A model generated the notes under the pieces. The model did no database searches, was not told the origin of the DNA, and saw nothing but the letters and a program-made list of their open reading frames with translations. 64,000 nt of DNA, taken from NCBI RefSeq assembly GCF_009914755.1, contig NC_060929.1, one strand, 5' to 3'. Source of the DNA: the human T2T-CHM13v2.0 reference genome, Homo sapiens. A program made the position numbers and the translations under genes. This document shows, one piece after another, positions 52,556 through 64,000 of this stretch. How positions within the stretch are numbered: the stretch's first letter is position 1; the number at the start of each line of letters is the position of its first letter.

Positions 52556-52920
52556 TGATATGGTTTGGCTGTGTCCCCACCCAAATCTCATTTTAAATTG
52601 TAGCTGTCATAATTCCAACATGTTGTGGGAGGGAATTGGTGGGAGATAATTGATTGAATCATGGGGGCAGTTTCCCATATACTGTTCTTGTGGTAGGGAA
52701 TAAGTCTCATGAGATCTGATGGTTTTATAAGGGGAAACCCCTTTTGCTTGGTTCTTATTCTCTCTTACCACCGCCACGTAACACATGCCTTTCACCTTCC
52801 ACCATGATTGTGAGGCATCCCCAGCCACGTGGAGCTGTGAGTCCAGTAGTCCTCCTTTTCTTTGTAAATTACCCAGCCTCAGGTATGTCTTTATCAGCAG
52901 CATAAAAATGGACTAATACA
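52556..52920 (+). mobile_element. THE1B solo LTR
   Basis: tgatatggtttggctgtgtccccacccaaatctc...gtatgtctttatcagcagcataaaaatggactaataca; no TSD visible (gtacc versus atagt). Confidence 0.94.
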
Positions 52921-54705
52921 ATAGTTGGACTAAAGCAGTAGGAAAGAGTTAGAAAATTCACCAGATTCAACAATCATTCTGTGCTAGCGGTTTTTATTGT
53001 GAACTATACATTACATAAATTCAACCCTGTTTCAAGAAACGTTATATTCTTCCTGAATCCTAGTTCTAAAGCTGGTGGTACACCTCAGGCCCTGATTTTA
53101 GACAGTGATTTTTTTTAAAGTTAGTCCTGATAACAGCTTAATATTGCAAAGCAAACTGGATTTTCAACAGTACTCAACTTGAAAACTCAATTCAAAAGCC
53201 AACAATGAATTTAGTGAAAAGAGGACAGCTCTCCTGAATCAAATTACACCTCAACAATAGAAAGGAAAATACAGCCTTAATAAGTAAATTTGATAATAGT
53301 TGTTACTGAGAAATTATAAACATGAAGAAATATTTTGTAGGACCAGGGTTTGTAGTGGTATATGCAGGCACAGCCATAATGTGTGCCATTTGATGAATAA
53401 TGATGAAATAGAAGTATAGATATTAAATATCCTTCTTCCCAAATGGCCAAGAGAGATCAAGGCAGAACACTCAGAGTGAGGCCAAACCTGCACCTACTTC
53501 CCTGGGCACAATGGCTCTGCCAAGCCCAAGGTCAGCCTCATTTTGCCTGCCCTTTCCCACGAGGGCAGCCTGCTGGCTGGTAGAGTTCCGTGTCTTCCCT
53601 TCTAGCTGGAGCCTGGCAGCTGCAAATGTCCATAATTATGGAAGATCCACTAGTTTTCTGCTCTGTGGTTGAAACAAGGACAGTTTCTCTTTTTATTGCT
53701 GTTCTGTGGCTTCATGTTCTGAATAGCCGGTATTATTAATAATGGCCAAGGGGATCTTATTAGCATAGGGTGGACCTAGCCATGCATCTCTCTAAGAGCG
53801 GTTGTGAGAGCTGACAGGTTAACAAAGCTACTCACATAAACGGCAGAGCCATGAAAGGATGCAGCACTAAACTGCAGCGTGTGGGGAGGGGCGCGTGTAC
53901 TTTGTTCACTTGTTCATTCCGGAGAGATGTTTACTGGAAACCTGAGCCCTACATCTTAGAACAGACTGTGCTTTTTAAATATATGGCATTTATTGCAACA
54001 GCACTCCTTAAATACGCAACATTTTACTTAGCTCCTAAAAGTAGCTGGCTTCCAAAAATATATGTACCCCAATCTTCACAATGGAATAAGCAGTATCGCC
54101 ATGAAATATAAAACACATAAAACACAGCAAAGAGGCAATCAATACACACACATGATGCAAGCACTGTAGACAGGGCTCTTCTTTACAAGGATCTCAAACA
54201 ACAACCTAAGCTCATGCTCATAGCATCCCGTGTGTGTTACAGTCTAGGGATGGGCTGCCGTTTTTCCTAGGGATGCCCTGTGTGTCTCCCTGCACTTGTG
54301 TCTACTCCTTGAAAGCCAGTTCCCTTTGTCCCAGTGCTCAGTTCATGGAGTGCACGCCCTCATAAAAGGATAGTGTGGCTGTGTTGCCATGAATCCACAA
54401 AGTGATTGAGAAGTGGAAATGTGACGGAGAGAGGTTAGGGAACACAGCCGGGAGGGGCGCACACACAGCGGGCTGGAAGAACACCAATGCATTCACGGAG
54501 GGAGACGTGGAGGTGAAGCCCCAATACTGCTCACTGCCTGTCCCAAGTCAATTCTTTTTCACTTTGATAACAAAATTGGCCATGGACGGTTGGTCTTGAA
54601 AGGTGTTCCGGGCAAACCTGAGAAAAGCACCTCACATTGACTTGAGAGGACTCCACCAAGATGGCACAAAGTCTGTCCTCCATGGCCTCTCACAACCTCC
54701 CCACC

Positions 54706-56145
54706 CTGCTCTCCTTCTCTTTCTGTCCTTCCCCTTCTCTCCTGCCCCTTCTCTCCTTCCCTTTCACTCCTTGCCTTTCCCTTCTTCCCCTTCCCTCCTT
54801 GCCCTTCTCTCCTTCCCTTTCCCTCCTTCTCCTTCCCTCTCTGCCCTTCCCCCCTTCCCCTTCCATCCTTCCCCTTCCATCCTTCCCCTTCCATCCTTCC
54901 CCTTCCATCCTTCCCCTTCCATCCTTCCCCTTCCCTCCTTTTCCTTTCTTCCCCTTCTCTCCTTCTTCTTCACTCCTTCCCTTTCCCTCCCTGCCCTTCC
55001 CTCCCTGCCCTTCCCTCCCTGCCCTTCCCTGCTTCCCCTTCCCTCCTTGCCCTTCCCTCCTTCTCCTTCCCTCCTTGCCCTTCCCTGCTTCCCCTTCCCT
55101 CCTTGCCCTTCCCTCCTTCTCCTTCCCTCCTTGCCCTTTCCTCCTTCCCCTTCCCTCCTTCCCCTTCCCTCTTTGCTCTTCCCTCCTTCCCCTTCCCTCC
55201 TTCCCCTTCCCTCCTTGCCCTTCCCTCCCTGCCCTTCCCTCCTTCCCCTTCCCTCCCTGCCCTTCCCTCCTTCCCCTTCCCTCTTTGCTCTTCCCTCCCT
55301 GCCCTTCCCTCCTTCCCCTTCCCTCTTTGCTCTTCCCTCCCTGCCCTTCCCTCCTTCCCCTTCCCTCCTTGCCCTTCCCTCCCTGCCCTTTCCTCCTTGC
55401 CCTTCCCTCCCTGCCCTTTCCTCCTTGCCCTTCCCTCCTTCCCCTTCCACCCTTCTCCTTCCCTCCTTCTCCTTCTTTCCCCTTCCCTCCTTCCCCTTCC
55501 CTCCTTGCCCTTCCCTCTTTGCTCTTCCCTCCTTGCCCTTCCCTCCTTCCCCTTCCCTCCTTCCCCTTCCCTCCCTGCCCTTTCCTCCTTGCCCTTCCCT
55601 CCTTTCCCTTCCCTCCTTCCCCTTCCACCCTTCTCCTTCCCTCCTTCTCCTTCTTTCCCCTTCCCTCCTTCCCCTTCCCTCTTTCCCCTTCCACCCTTCT
55701 CCTTCCCTCCTTCTCCCTCCTTCGCTTTCTCTCCTTGCCCCTCCTTCTTTGCCCTTCTTTCCTTCCCCTTCTCTCCTTCTCCTTCCTTCCTTGCCCTTCC
55801 CTCCTTCCCTTTCCCTCCTTCCCCTTCATTCCTTCCCCTTCCCTCCTTCCCCTTCTCTCCTTCCCCTTCCCTCCTTGGCTTTCCCTCCCTGTGTTTCCTT
55901 TCTTGCCCTTCCCTCCTTCCCCTTCTCCCCTTGCCCTTCCCTCCTTCTCCTTCCCTCCTTTCCCTCCCTGCCCTTCCCTCACTGCCCTTCCCTCCTTCCC
56001 CTTCCTTCCTTGCCTTTTCCTCCCTTCTTTTCCCTCCTTGCCCTTCCCTCCTTCCCCTTTTCTCTTTGGCTATCTATCCTTGCCCTTCTCTCCTTGCCCT
56101 TCTGTCTTGTTCTCTCCTTGTCCTGCTCTCCTTGCCCTTCTCTCC
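54706..56145. repeat. Polypyrimidine minisatellite, 14-bp unit CCCTTCCCTCCTT(G/C), roughly 100 degenerate copies
   Basis: Unit read directly; translated frames show a 14-aa period (LPSLPFPPSPSLLP) equal to 3 x 14 nt. Confidence 0.95.
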
Positions 56146-57336
56146 AATTTTGGAGCCCTTTACCAACTACCTCCAGCAATGGTTAATCAACATCTCATAC
56201 TTTTCCCCTAGAGTGTGCCCAAAATTCAACTCTTAATATAAATTACCAGTTACTAAGCACTTAAAATTACCTACAGCATTAAGCCACAGAATGGGCCCGT
56301 ATTTTACTGTCCCCGCCCATGTACGATAGGACACTGTTCGTTCACCTTCGATCATATGTGTCATCACCTGTAACCCTGCTGTGTGTTCCATGACACGAGA
56401 ACTGACATTGAAGGAGCACAAAGCCAAAGCCTGTGGAAGCCAAGCGATCAATCAGACTCACCTCCTTCCTTCAATCATCCAGGATAAAGAACAGAAAGCT
56501 TAGGATGTTTTTGATGATTCTAGAAAAAAAAGTTTTCTCCAAGGGAGAAATGTAAAATATATCACTTTCTTGGAGCTTATAAACTTTTGTTTGGATTACT
56601 GTAGTTTCATACATATCCAAGTTAAATGCAGGAGCCCTAAATACATAAACTACTGGTGCAGTTTAATTCTTATTTCTACGGAAAAGGTGTGATATCGATA
56701 TTTAAACATTGTAATATTTAAAATGTTCTTTCTTATTCAATGTTCTTCTTTCCATTTTCAATAATATGGGAGCATTCTGGAAAGGAAATACATGGACCAA
56801 GCAAGGTCTCACATTCAGTCATTGGCAGGGAAGATCTCTCTTGGGGGGCACTGCTGCCTTTACAGTCAGATAAAACTGTTTTTGTGAATGCAAGAAAAGA
56901 GAGGAGATTTGAGTGTTACCCTAGAGCCAATTGGAAGATTCTAGAAGACTCGTCACTGGATAGGTAAAAAACACAAAAGATGTTAAAACATTTAAATATG
57001 ACAGGGTTTGGGAGGGAAGATGGGAAAGATGGGGAGATGTTTGAAGAACCCCAAAGTAGCTTTCCTCAGAATGAGCAAAGGCCAAGACCTCCAGTAAAGC
57101 CCCTGTCTCCAGATGTGCCTCAGGAAATGCCACAGCTTTCACACAGGTAAGCGGGCTGCTGGTGTCTTTGTGCTCCCTTCTTCCTGAGGACTTGTGAAAT
57201 GCAGAGCTTCTCAGCATGGAGACAGGTTGAGATGAGAAACAAAGGCCACTCTGTGCTGGGAGCTAGAGGGACAAGGGTCAGCAGAGACCAGCATCCCATG
57301 CAGCCAGCACTGAACCCCACTTGAGTGATGGACCTC

Positions 57337-57712
57337 TGCTCTGGTTTGAATGTTTGTGTGTCTCCAATATCCATCTGTTGGAACCTAACATCCAATGTGA
57401 TAGCATTAAGAGGTGGTGCCTTTGGGGAACTAATGAAGTCAGAGCACTCCACCCTCTTAAATGAGATTAGTGCCAGCATAAAAGGGACTACAGGAAGCAC
57501 CATGGTCCTTTTTCCTTTCTGCTTCTTGTCATGGGAGGATGCAACAGTGAGGTGTCACACTGGAAACAGAGAGCAAACGTCACCAGGGGCCAAGACAGCA
57601 GGCACCTTGATCTCAGACTTCCCAATTTCCAAAACTATGATTGATAAATATTTCTTTATTATAAATTACCCATTCTAAGTTGTTTTTATAGCAACCTGAA
57701 TGCAATGAGATA
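57337..57712 (+). mobile_element. MSTD/MLT1A-like LTR
   Basis: tgctctggtttgaatgtttgtg...gcattaagaggtggtgcctttgggg...gcaccttgatctcagacttccc...ataaattaccca. Confidence 0.85.
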
Positions 57713-57905
57713 ATCACATATGTTAATTTTCCCAGCACTCCATGTTTCCATTTCTGAAGAATCTTGGATTTAAGGGGACATGAACTACATGTAATGCAGA
57801 GATGAAGAAAGGCAATCTCGCACTTTGCCCCTACATCCCACAATATCTGTCTTCCAGTTTTTATGGCCAAGACACTGCAAAAGACTGGGTTTTCCTGGTT
57901 CGTAT

Positions 57906-58447
57906 TGATGCAGGATTATTTTGCTCCTTAGCTCAGCTAGGTCTGAGTTTTTGTCTCATAGCCAGGAAGAATTAGGTGCATGGACACTAGAGAGTGAGTG
58001 GAGTAGAATTTACTAAGTGAAAGGAAAGCTGTCAGCAAAGAGGGGATGTGATGGGTGGTTCCCCTATGCCAAAGTGGGAAAAGTTCCCTAATATGGCTGA
58101 ACCTGGAGCTTTTATGGGCTCAGAATAGGGAGTGTGGGGTGTGTGTGCTGATTGGTTTGTGAGTATGCAAAAAAGGTTAAAGTCAAGACACCACTCAAAG
58201 GTGGGCACGATAGTGTAGAAAACCAATTAGGAAAGGGTAGGTAGGGTAGGTATATGTAAAATAGGTGAAGAGTAAGGATCAATCAGAGGAAAATGCCCCA
58301 AACAGGAAGACAGGTTTTCAATCTGGTCCAAGGATTTAACTTGTAGCTTGGCTTTCAGGGTTTAAACTGTCTTTGGCTTGAAGGTGGGGTTTCACCAGGG
58401 ACCCACCCCTATCTGCCTAGGCATATGGCTGCCTCCTGCTGCTCTTA
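57906..58447 (-). mobile_element. ERV1 solo LTR, LTR27/LTR28/MER61-like
   Basis: Reverse strand begins taagagcagcaggaggcagccatatgcctaggcagataggggtgggtccctggtgaaaccccaccttcaagcc and ends atcctgcatca; 4-bp TSD gtat/gtgt (3 of 4). Confidence 0.82.
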
Positions 58448-58594
58448 GTGTGATGCCTGTGTCCTCATGTTCCACATAGTGAGAGGCCATAGATTCAACA
58501 CCAGCCTGCTATTGGCTATGCATATCTTTGGACTCTTAGACTCTCAGCCCAGTGTTTTCACCTGTGAAATAAAGAAAACAATGCATGATACATG

Positions 58595-59460
58595 GCGATT
58601 TTATCTTTTACCATCTAAACCATTTTCAGGTGTCCAGTTCAGTTGTGAAGCACATTTACATTGTTGTGCAATCATCACCACCACCCGTCTCCAGAATTCT
58701 TTTCATTTCCCTAAACTGAAACTCTACACACATGCAACATGAACTCCCCATTTTCCCCTACCCTCAGCCTGGCATCCTACTTTCTGTCTCTATGAATTTG
58801 ACCACTTTAAGTACCTCAAAAAGGTGGAATCAGACAGTATTCATCCTTTTGTGACTGGCTTATTTCACTGAATAGTCTTCAAGGTTCACCCATGTGGTAG
58901 CACGTGTCAGAGCTTCCTTTTAAAGGCTGAATAATATTTCAATAAAAAGACCCTACATAGCCAGGCACAGTGGCTCATGCCTGTAATCCCAGCACTTTGG
59001 GAGGCCGATGCAGGCAGATCACAAGGTCAGGAGATCGAGACCATCCTGGCCAATGTGGTGAAACCCAGTCTCTACTAAAAATACAAAAATTAGCTGGGGG
59101 TTGTGGCACATGCCTGTAATCCCATCTACTCGGGAGGCTGAGGCAGGAGAATTGCTTGAACCAGGGAGTCAGAGGTTGCAGTGAGCCGAGATGGTGCCAC
59201 AGCATTCCAGCCTGGCAACAGATTGAGACTCCGTCTCAAAAAAAACAAAACAAACAAAAAAACACACAAAAAAACCCTACATTTTGTTTATCCATTCATC
59301 CATGGATGGATATTGGGTTGCTTCCTCCTATGGCTGTTGTGAATGATACTGCTATGAACATGAACATACAAATAACTCTTTGAGGCTCTGCTTTCAATTC
59401 TTTTGAGTGTACACCTAGAAGTGGTGTTGCTGGTTCTTAGAATAATTCCACAGTTATTTT
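58595..59460 (-). mobile_element. L1MB (MB3-like) 3' end with AluSc inserted
   Basis: 'cattgttgtgcaatcatcaccacc', 'ctactttctgtctctatgaatttgac', 'tacacctagaagtgg'. Confidence 0.88.
58959..59267 (+). mobile_element. AluSc-like
   Basis: gagatcgagaccatcctggccaa, cagcctggcaacaga; TSD aaaaa[g/a]accctacat on both sides. Confidence 0.95.
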
Positions 59461-59969
59461 AAGCCTTAAATAGGATTATCCACCAAGAGCTGCCTATCTG
59501 TTAAGTATTGTTACATTGTTACTTATACTCCCTGGCTTCTCTCCCTGATCTACCAGTGTGTGCCGAGACCTCCTGGAAAACATCAGGCCATTAACAAAAA
59601 CATCCAGAGATGCTTTATGGAGAGACAAGCTCTACAGCTGTATAAAAACAAGATGAGTCAAATTACAACTCCTAAAGTTATTACTTTTCCTGAATTAAAT
59701 TAGTCCTTAAAATGCAGCCATCCCCAAATATTAAAAACTTCTGTGTGACTACCAATGTATTTTATATAACTAGTCAATGCCAATCCAATATTTGCTGACT
59801 GTCAGAGAGATACAGGCTTGTATGAGGTCTCCCCTGTGGTAGAGCTCATGCTTTAAGTTCCAGTCAAAGATTTATTTAACAATATTTCTTGGTTTGTTTT
59901 CTATCTAAAATGTGGAAACTTGTGTTCTCACTTTGGTACAATGTTACAGAAGATTAGCATTGCCCCCTT

Positions 59970-60275
59970 CATAATAAGGCATACAAATGTATGAGATTTT
60001 AGAACTAAACATTCCTATGACCATAAAAACCACAATCTCAAATATATCACATCAGCAACATATTGAAACTATACACCATGACAGAATAGGATAAATCTCA
60101 GAAACACAAGGGTGATTCCAGATGAACAAATCAATTAAAATGCTATAACTCCAAAAGAGATTACATAAAATCACTTCAGTATCTATGGAAGAGCCATTTG
60201 AAATATTTTAATACCAATTTAAAATTATACTGTCAGAATAGGAAGAGAAGAATATGTCATGAGCATAAGAGAGTG
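59970..60275 (+). mobile_element. Very old L1M ORF2 fragment (piece 1)
   Basis: 'tatacaccatgac...caagggtgattc...aaatcaatta...gagccatttga' resembles the L1 reverse-transcriptase region. Confidence 0.55.
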
Positions 60276-60430
60276 TGGCTCTTGGAGTAGTGATTAAGAA
60301 ACTAGGCCCAGGAGCCAAACTGCTCGAGATCAAATCCTGGCTCCACCAAGTGCAAACTGGTTGACCTTGGGCTGGTTATTTAACATCTCTGTGCCCCAAT
60401 TCCATCATCATTTAACAAGTGAAAGTAAGT

Positions 60431-61171
60431 TGTATTAGCCCATTCTTGGATTGCTACAAAGAAACACCTGAGACTGGGTAATGTATAGCAAGGGGATTTA
60501 ATTGGCTCACAATTCTACAGTCTGTACAGAAAGCATGGTGCCAGGCATACTTGGTGATATGGTTTTGCTGTGTCCCCACCCAAATCTCATCTTGAATGGT
60601 AGCTCCCATAATTCCTACATGTTGTGGGACTGGTGCGAGATAATTGAATCATAGGGGTGGATACTCCCATACTGTTCTTTTAGTAGTATGGGAGATTGGA
60701 TCTCACGAGAGCCAATGGTTTGATAAGGGAAAACCCATTTCACTTGATTCTCATTCTCTCTCTTGTCTGCTGCGTGCCTTTCACCTTCTGCCATGATTAC
60801 GAGGCCTCCCCAGCCATGTGGAACTGTGAGTCGAATTAAACCTCTTTCTTTCGTAGATTACCCAGACTCAGGTATGTCTTTATCAGCAGTGTGAAAACAG
60901 ACTAATATACCTGGCTTCTGATGAGGTCTCAGGAAGCTTTTAATCATGGCAGAAGGCAAAGAGGGAGCAAGAACATCCCACTGTGAAAACAGGAGCAAGA
61001 GAGAGAGAGGAGGGGCAGGGAGGTGCCACACACCTTTAAACAACCAGATCTCATGAGAACTCACTCACTATCACGAAGATAGCCCAAGACATGAGGGATC
61101 CACCCCCATGATTCAAACACCTCCAGCACTAGCATGAGATCTGTGTGAGGACAAATATCCACACTATATCA
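60431..61171 (-). mobile_element. MSTA LTR split by THE1B
   Basis: tgtattagcccattcttggattgctacaaagaaacacctgagactgggtaa ... acaaatatccacactatatca; TSD taagt/taatt. Confidence 0.9.
60555..60909 (+). mobile_element. THE1B solo LTR nested in MSTA
   Basis: tgatatggttttgctgtgtccccacccaaatctc...cagactaatata; TSD cttgg/cctgg. Confidence 0.92.
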
Positions 61172-61486
61172 TAATTGTTTCAGGAATCTAAAATGAAATG
61201 CCCAGAATAGTTCCTGGCACATAGCAACCTCCACGTAAGTGTTTGTTATTATTATTATTATTATTACTGTCATAATAACTCTCAGATACATAAGAAATAG
61301 TTTTAAAATCAGTAATAAAGCAAGCATGCTGAACCAAGAGCATGCTTGGATGAAACAGCCAGCACCTCCTCTCTCCAGGCAGCTAGAAACCAACCTCTAG
61401 TCCAGTCACCTCTAGAGAACCCCACCTTCCCACACAGGGGTTTCACAGGCTGCCCTGTCCTTTCTTGGCCCCAGCCTTTTGGACTT

Positions 61487-61610
61487 TATTTCCTTCTTTC
61501 CTTTCTTCCTTCTTTCTTTCCCTTCCTTCCTTTCTTTCCTTTCCTCCCTCCCTTCCTTTCTTCCTCCCCTTCTTCCTTCCTTCCTGCCCTTCCTTCCTTC
61601 ATTTTTCCCT
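61487..61610. repeat. (TTCC/TTTC)n low-complexity tract
   Basis: Read directly; degenerate. Confidence 0.9.
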
Positions 61611-61619
61611 GACACCTGA

Positions 61620-61958
61620 TCTACTGTGGAACGTAAGTCCATTTTCACCAGCCTGGATGCAGAGCTGGGGGTCATGTCAGGGAAGCTCCTCTTCTGAGAC
61701 TAGATTTGGAAGGTGTGAATCTTGGGGACTATCAGAGATGACTGTCCCTTGCCATGTGAAGAATGCTATCTATGAATGAGGCAAGGAGGTCAGGGAGAAG
61801 CAAAAGGGCCTCGCCTGCTGAGGCTGCCCAGCTCTACCTGAGGCACACCATGCCACGGTCCAGTGCCTGGGGTTCACTGTGATCCTGAATCCACCCAGCA
61901 GGGAAAGTCCCAGTTTTACTTAGGCCAGTTTGAGTTGGGTTTTAATAACTTGCAACTA
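61620..61958 (+). mobile_element. Old MLT1 (J/K-like) LTR fragment
   Basis: 3' end 'ttaggccagtttgagttgggttttaataacttgcaac'. Confidence 0.55.
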
Positions 61959-61959
61959 C

Positions 61960-62060
61960 CCTTTCTGAACATTATTTAATATTTTTTGGAAGTTGTAGGT
62001 AATTCTTTAGGACATAAAACATAAAAAGTGACTGGCATAGGCATGAAATAGACTTAGCCT
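61960..62060 (+). mobile_element. Old L1M ORF2 fragment (piece 2)
   Basis: 'attatttaatattttttggaagttgtagg' resembles L1 'tattcaacattgtactggaagtcctagc'. Confidence 0.4.
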
Positions 62061-62431
62061 CTCACAGCCTCTAATGGGAAAGCATGTCTGCCCAGTCCCA
62101 GGTCAAGGAGAAGCCCTAAGTGGCCACTTCTGTCTTTGGACCTGACCCCGAGGCAACAAAGCTCTAGTTAACCTACCCATGAGGGCCTGAGGCCTGGACT
62201 TATAAAATCGGCTGGAAAAAAAAATGTATCTTGTAAACTTGAATTATTTTCCTTTGTGCATCTTGGCTACATCAATAGACTGAAGAAAGGCAAGAGGTAA
62301 ACGTGGGGTTTTTTCAAGGCAAATTCATGGAGGTGGGGGTGCATGGGGAGAAGCAGCAGAGTCGGAGAACTGGGGAGCAGTATGGTGCAGGGAGGCCCAC
62401 ACGCTCCAACCCTGCCGGCCTCGGTTCCTGG

Positions 62432-62926
62432 TGTGCTAGTTTCCGATGGCTGCTGTAACAAATCCCCACGAACCTGATGGTTAAACCAGTACAGCTTTAG
62501 TAGCTGACCGTTCTGGAGGTCACCAGTCTAAAATGGGTTTCACCAGGGCAGAACCGGGCAGAACCGAGGTGTCGGCAGGACTGTGCTCCCTCATGGGGAT
62601 TTGGGAATGATCTGTTTCTCTCCTTCTCCAGATTCCAGAGCTGCATTCTTTGTGTTCCTTGTTCCTGGCCCTTTCTCCACTTCATGCCCAACAGCCTCCC
62701 AGCCGTGGCCCTCCCAGACTCTGCCTCCCTCTCCTTCCAGCACAGGGCCTTCTTCTCTTCTGTCTGTAGTCAAATCCCTCTGCCTACCTCTTACCTACAG
62801 TGGCTTTAGGAACCACTCAGGTCACCCAGGAAAGTCTCCCTTATCTCAAGATCTTTAATTTAATCTCCTTTTTCCATATAAGATCAGGGCCTAGTATTTT
62901 TGGGGACAATTTTCCCACTTCCCACA
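62432..62926 (-). mobile_element. MLT1C/D-like LTR
   Basis: tgtgctagtttccgatggctgctgtaacaaat...gttctggaggtc...aggtgtcggcaggactgtgctccc...tctcaagatctttaatttaatc. Confidence 0.85.
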
Positions 62927-63164
62927 CTGGGGCTCTCTGATTCGGGTTCTCCTGAGGCTCAGCCTCCGGTGGCATTCCTGAGACCTTGGCAACTTCCCTG
63001 TCTCCCTTTCACCAGCACAGGCCCCCGAACGGATTTGAGTAAGTCTTGGTTCACGTTTCTGTTTTATTTGGGCTCCTTCGGCTACAAGAAACAAAGATAA
63101 GGTTAAGAACTGAAGTAGAAAAGAAGGTCTTGATAAATAAAACAGCATCCTTGGAAAGTTTAAA

Positions 63165-63540
63165 TATTTCTGTTAGAAAACTTTAGACTTAATAAAAATT
63201 TCATGGATAGGCAAGACGTAAAATAAATATACCTAGAATCAATTACATTCTTCCATACCAGCAATAACCTGAAATGCATTATTTATAAGGAAATTCTATT
63301 TACAATAGAAACAAAAACATAAAATATTTAGAAATAAAATTAAGAAGAGTTGCCTGACCTTTATACAGAAAGTTTACTGGGAAATATAAAAGCCTTAAAT
63401 CAAGAGATCAATGCACTACTTTCTTGGTAGGAGAGCAAAATATAATCATGTTTTTTTGTTAGCAGGTAAATTGATGGGTTACACTTAGTTTGGGTATGAT
63501 TTTTCATGACACATTTGAGAAATGTTTTAAATTTATCAAG
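63165..63540 (+). mobile_element. Old L1M ORF2 fragment (piece 3)
   Basis: 'aatcaattacattcttccataccagcaataacc', 'tatttacaatagaaacaaaaacataaaatatttagaaataaa'. Confidence 0.7.
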
Positions 63541-63599
63541 GACGACAACAACAACAACAAAAATCCCAGTGTTTTGGCAGAAAGAAAACTAGAGAAATG

Positions 63600-63770
63600 G
63601 TTTCAGGGTGGTTAAGAACCTGGCTGTGAACAAACACAGACCAGGGCTAGAAGCAAGTCACGCCCTCACAAGCTTGGCATCTTGGCAAGCTACCCGCCTC
63701 TAAAAAAGTTAGTTCCCTTCTTTGTAAATTAGAGACATGTCAATATGCATTAATGAATTCTGAGAGGCAG
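63600..63770 (+). mobile_element. MIR fragment
   Basis: 'gtggttaagaacctggctgtg...cagaccagggct...cttggcaagctac...ttctttgtaaa'. Confidence 0.55.
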
Positions 63771-64000
63771 TATCACAAAATATTTAAACAGAACTGAATA
63801 CAATGTGTTCTGGGAACTGTATCCAATGACTCAGAAAGTGTTTCTTGTAATGCTGGAAATAACGTTTCCATGTGAACATTTTAAATAACACTGTTCAAGG
63901 ACAATAGAGCAGGGAAAATTAATATTTTCAAAATAATATATTGGTTTATTTCATGTAAAATTAAACATGTACCTGAAAGTAAACTTGTTCAGCAAAATCA

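Larger units (their letters stand above)
60283..61266 (+). mobile_element. MIR split by MSTA (pieces 60283-60430 and 61172-61266)
   Basis: 'tcaaatcctggctccacc...tgaccttgggctggttatttaacatctctgtgcc' then 'agaatagttcctggcacatag' and an (att)n tail. Confidence 0.8.

Noticed and set aside
54603-56236. ORFs of 527, 516, 430, 377 and 228 aa
   Set aside because: All lie in the CT-only minisatellite, which can hardly encode stop codons on either strand; several overlapping frames are open and the products are low-complexity.
61487-61610. GGAA microsatellite of the EWSR1-FLI1-responsive type
   Set aside because: The longest uninterrupted run is only three TTCC units.

Overview
Primate (human-like; carries AluY and AluS/J subfamilies) non-coding genomic DNA, intergenic or deep intronic. 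I see no CpG island, no recognisable protein-coding exon, no rRNA/tRNA and no prokaryotic features such as CRISPR. A large share is interspersed repeat: 12 Alus, about 15 solo LTRs or LTR fragments (THE1B/C, MST, MLT1, MLT2A1, MER51, LTR27/28-like; several with readable target-site duplications), old L1/HAL1/L2/MIR fragments including a ~7.2 kb decayed L1 at 44.7-52 kb, and several tandem repeats. The longest ORFs (54.6-56.2 kb) are artefacts of a 14-bp pyrimidine minisatellite. I cannot honestly claim a new biological system. The signals not explained by routine annotation are: a complex templated-insertion scar at 39.0 kb whose apparent donor lies 2 kb downstream; an ~85-bp inverted repeat bracketing an Alu at 26.2/27.0 kb; a 66-nt pre-miRNA-sized hairpin at 16.5 kb; an MLT2A1 LTR retaining DUX motif, TATA and splice donor upstream of a candidate non-coding exon; a micro-inversion inside an L1; and a ~1.4 kb triplex/G4-prone minisatellite. 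Repeat subfamily names come from remembered consensus sequences, not a database search, and boundaries of old repeats are approximate.
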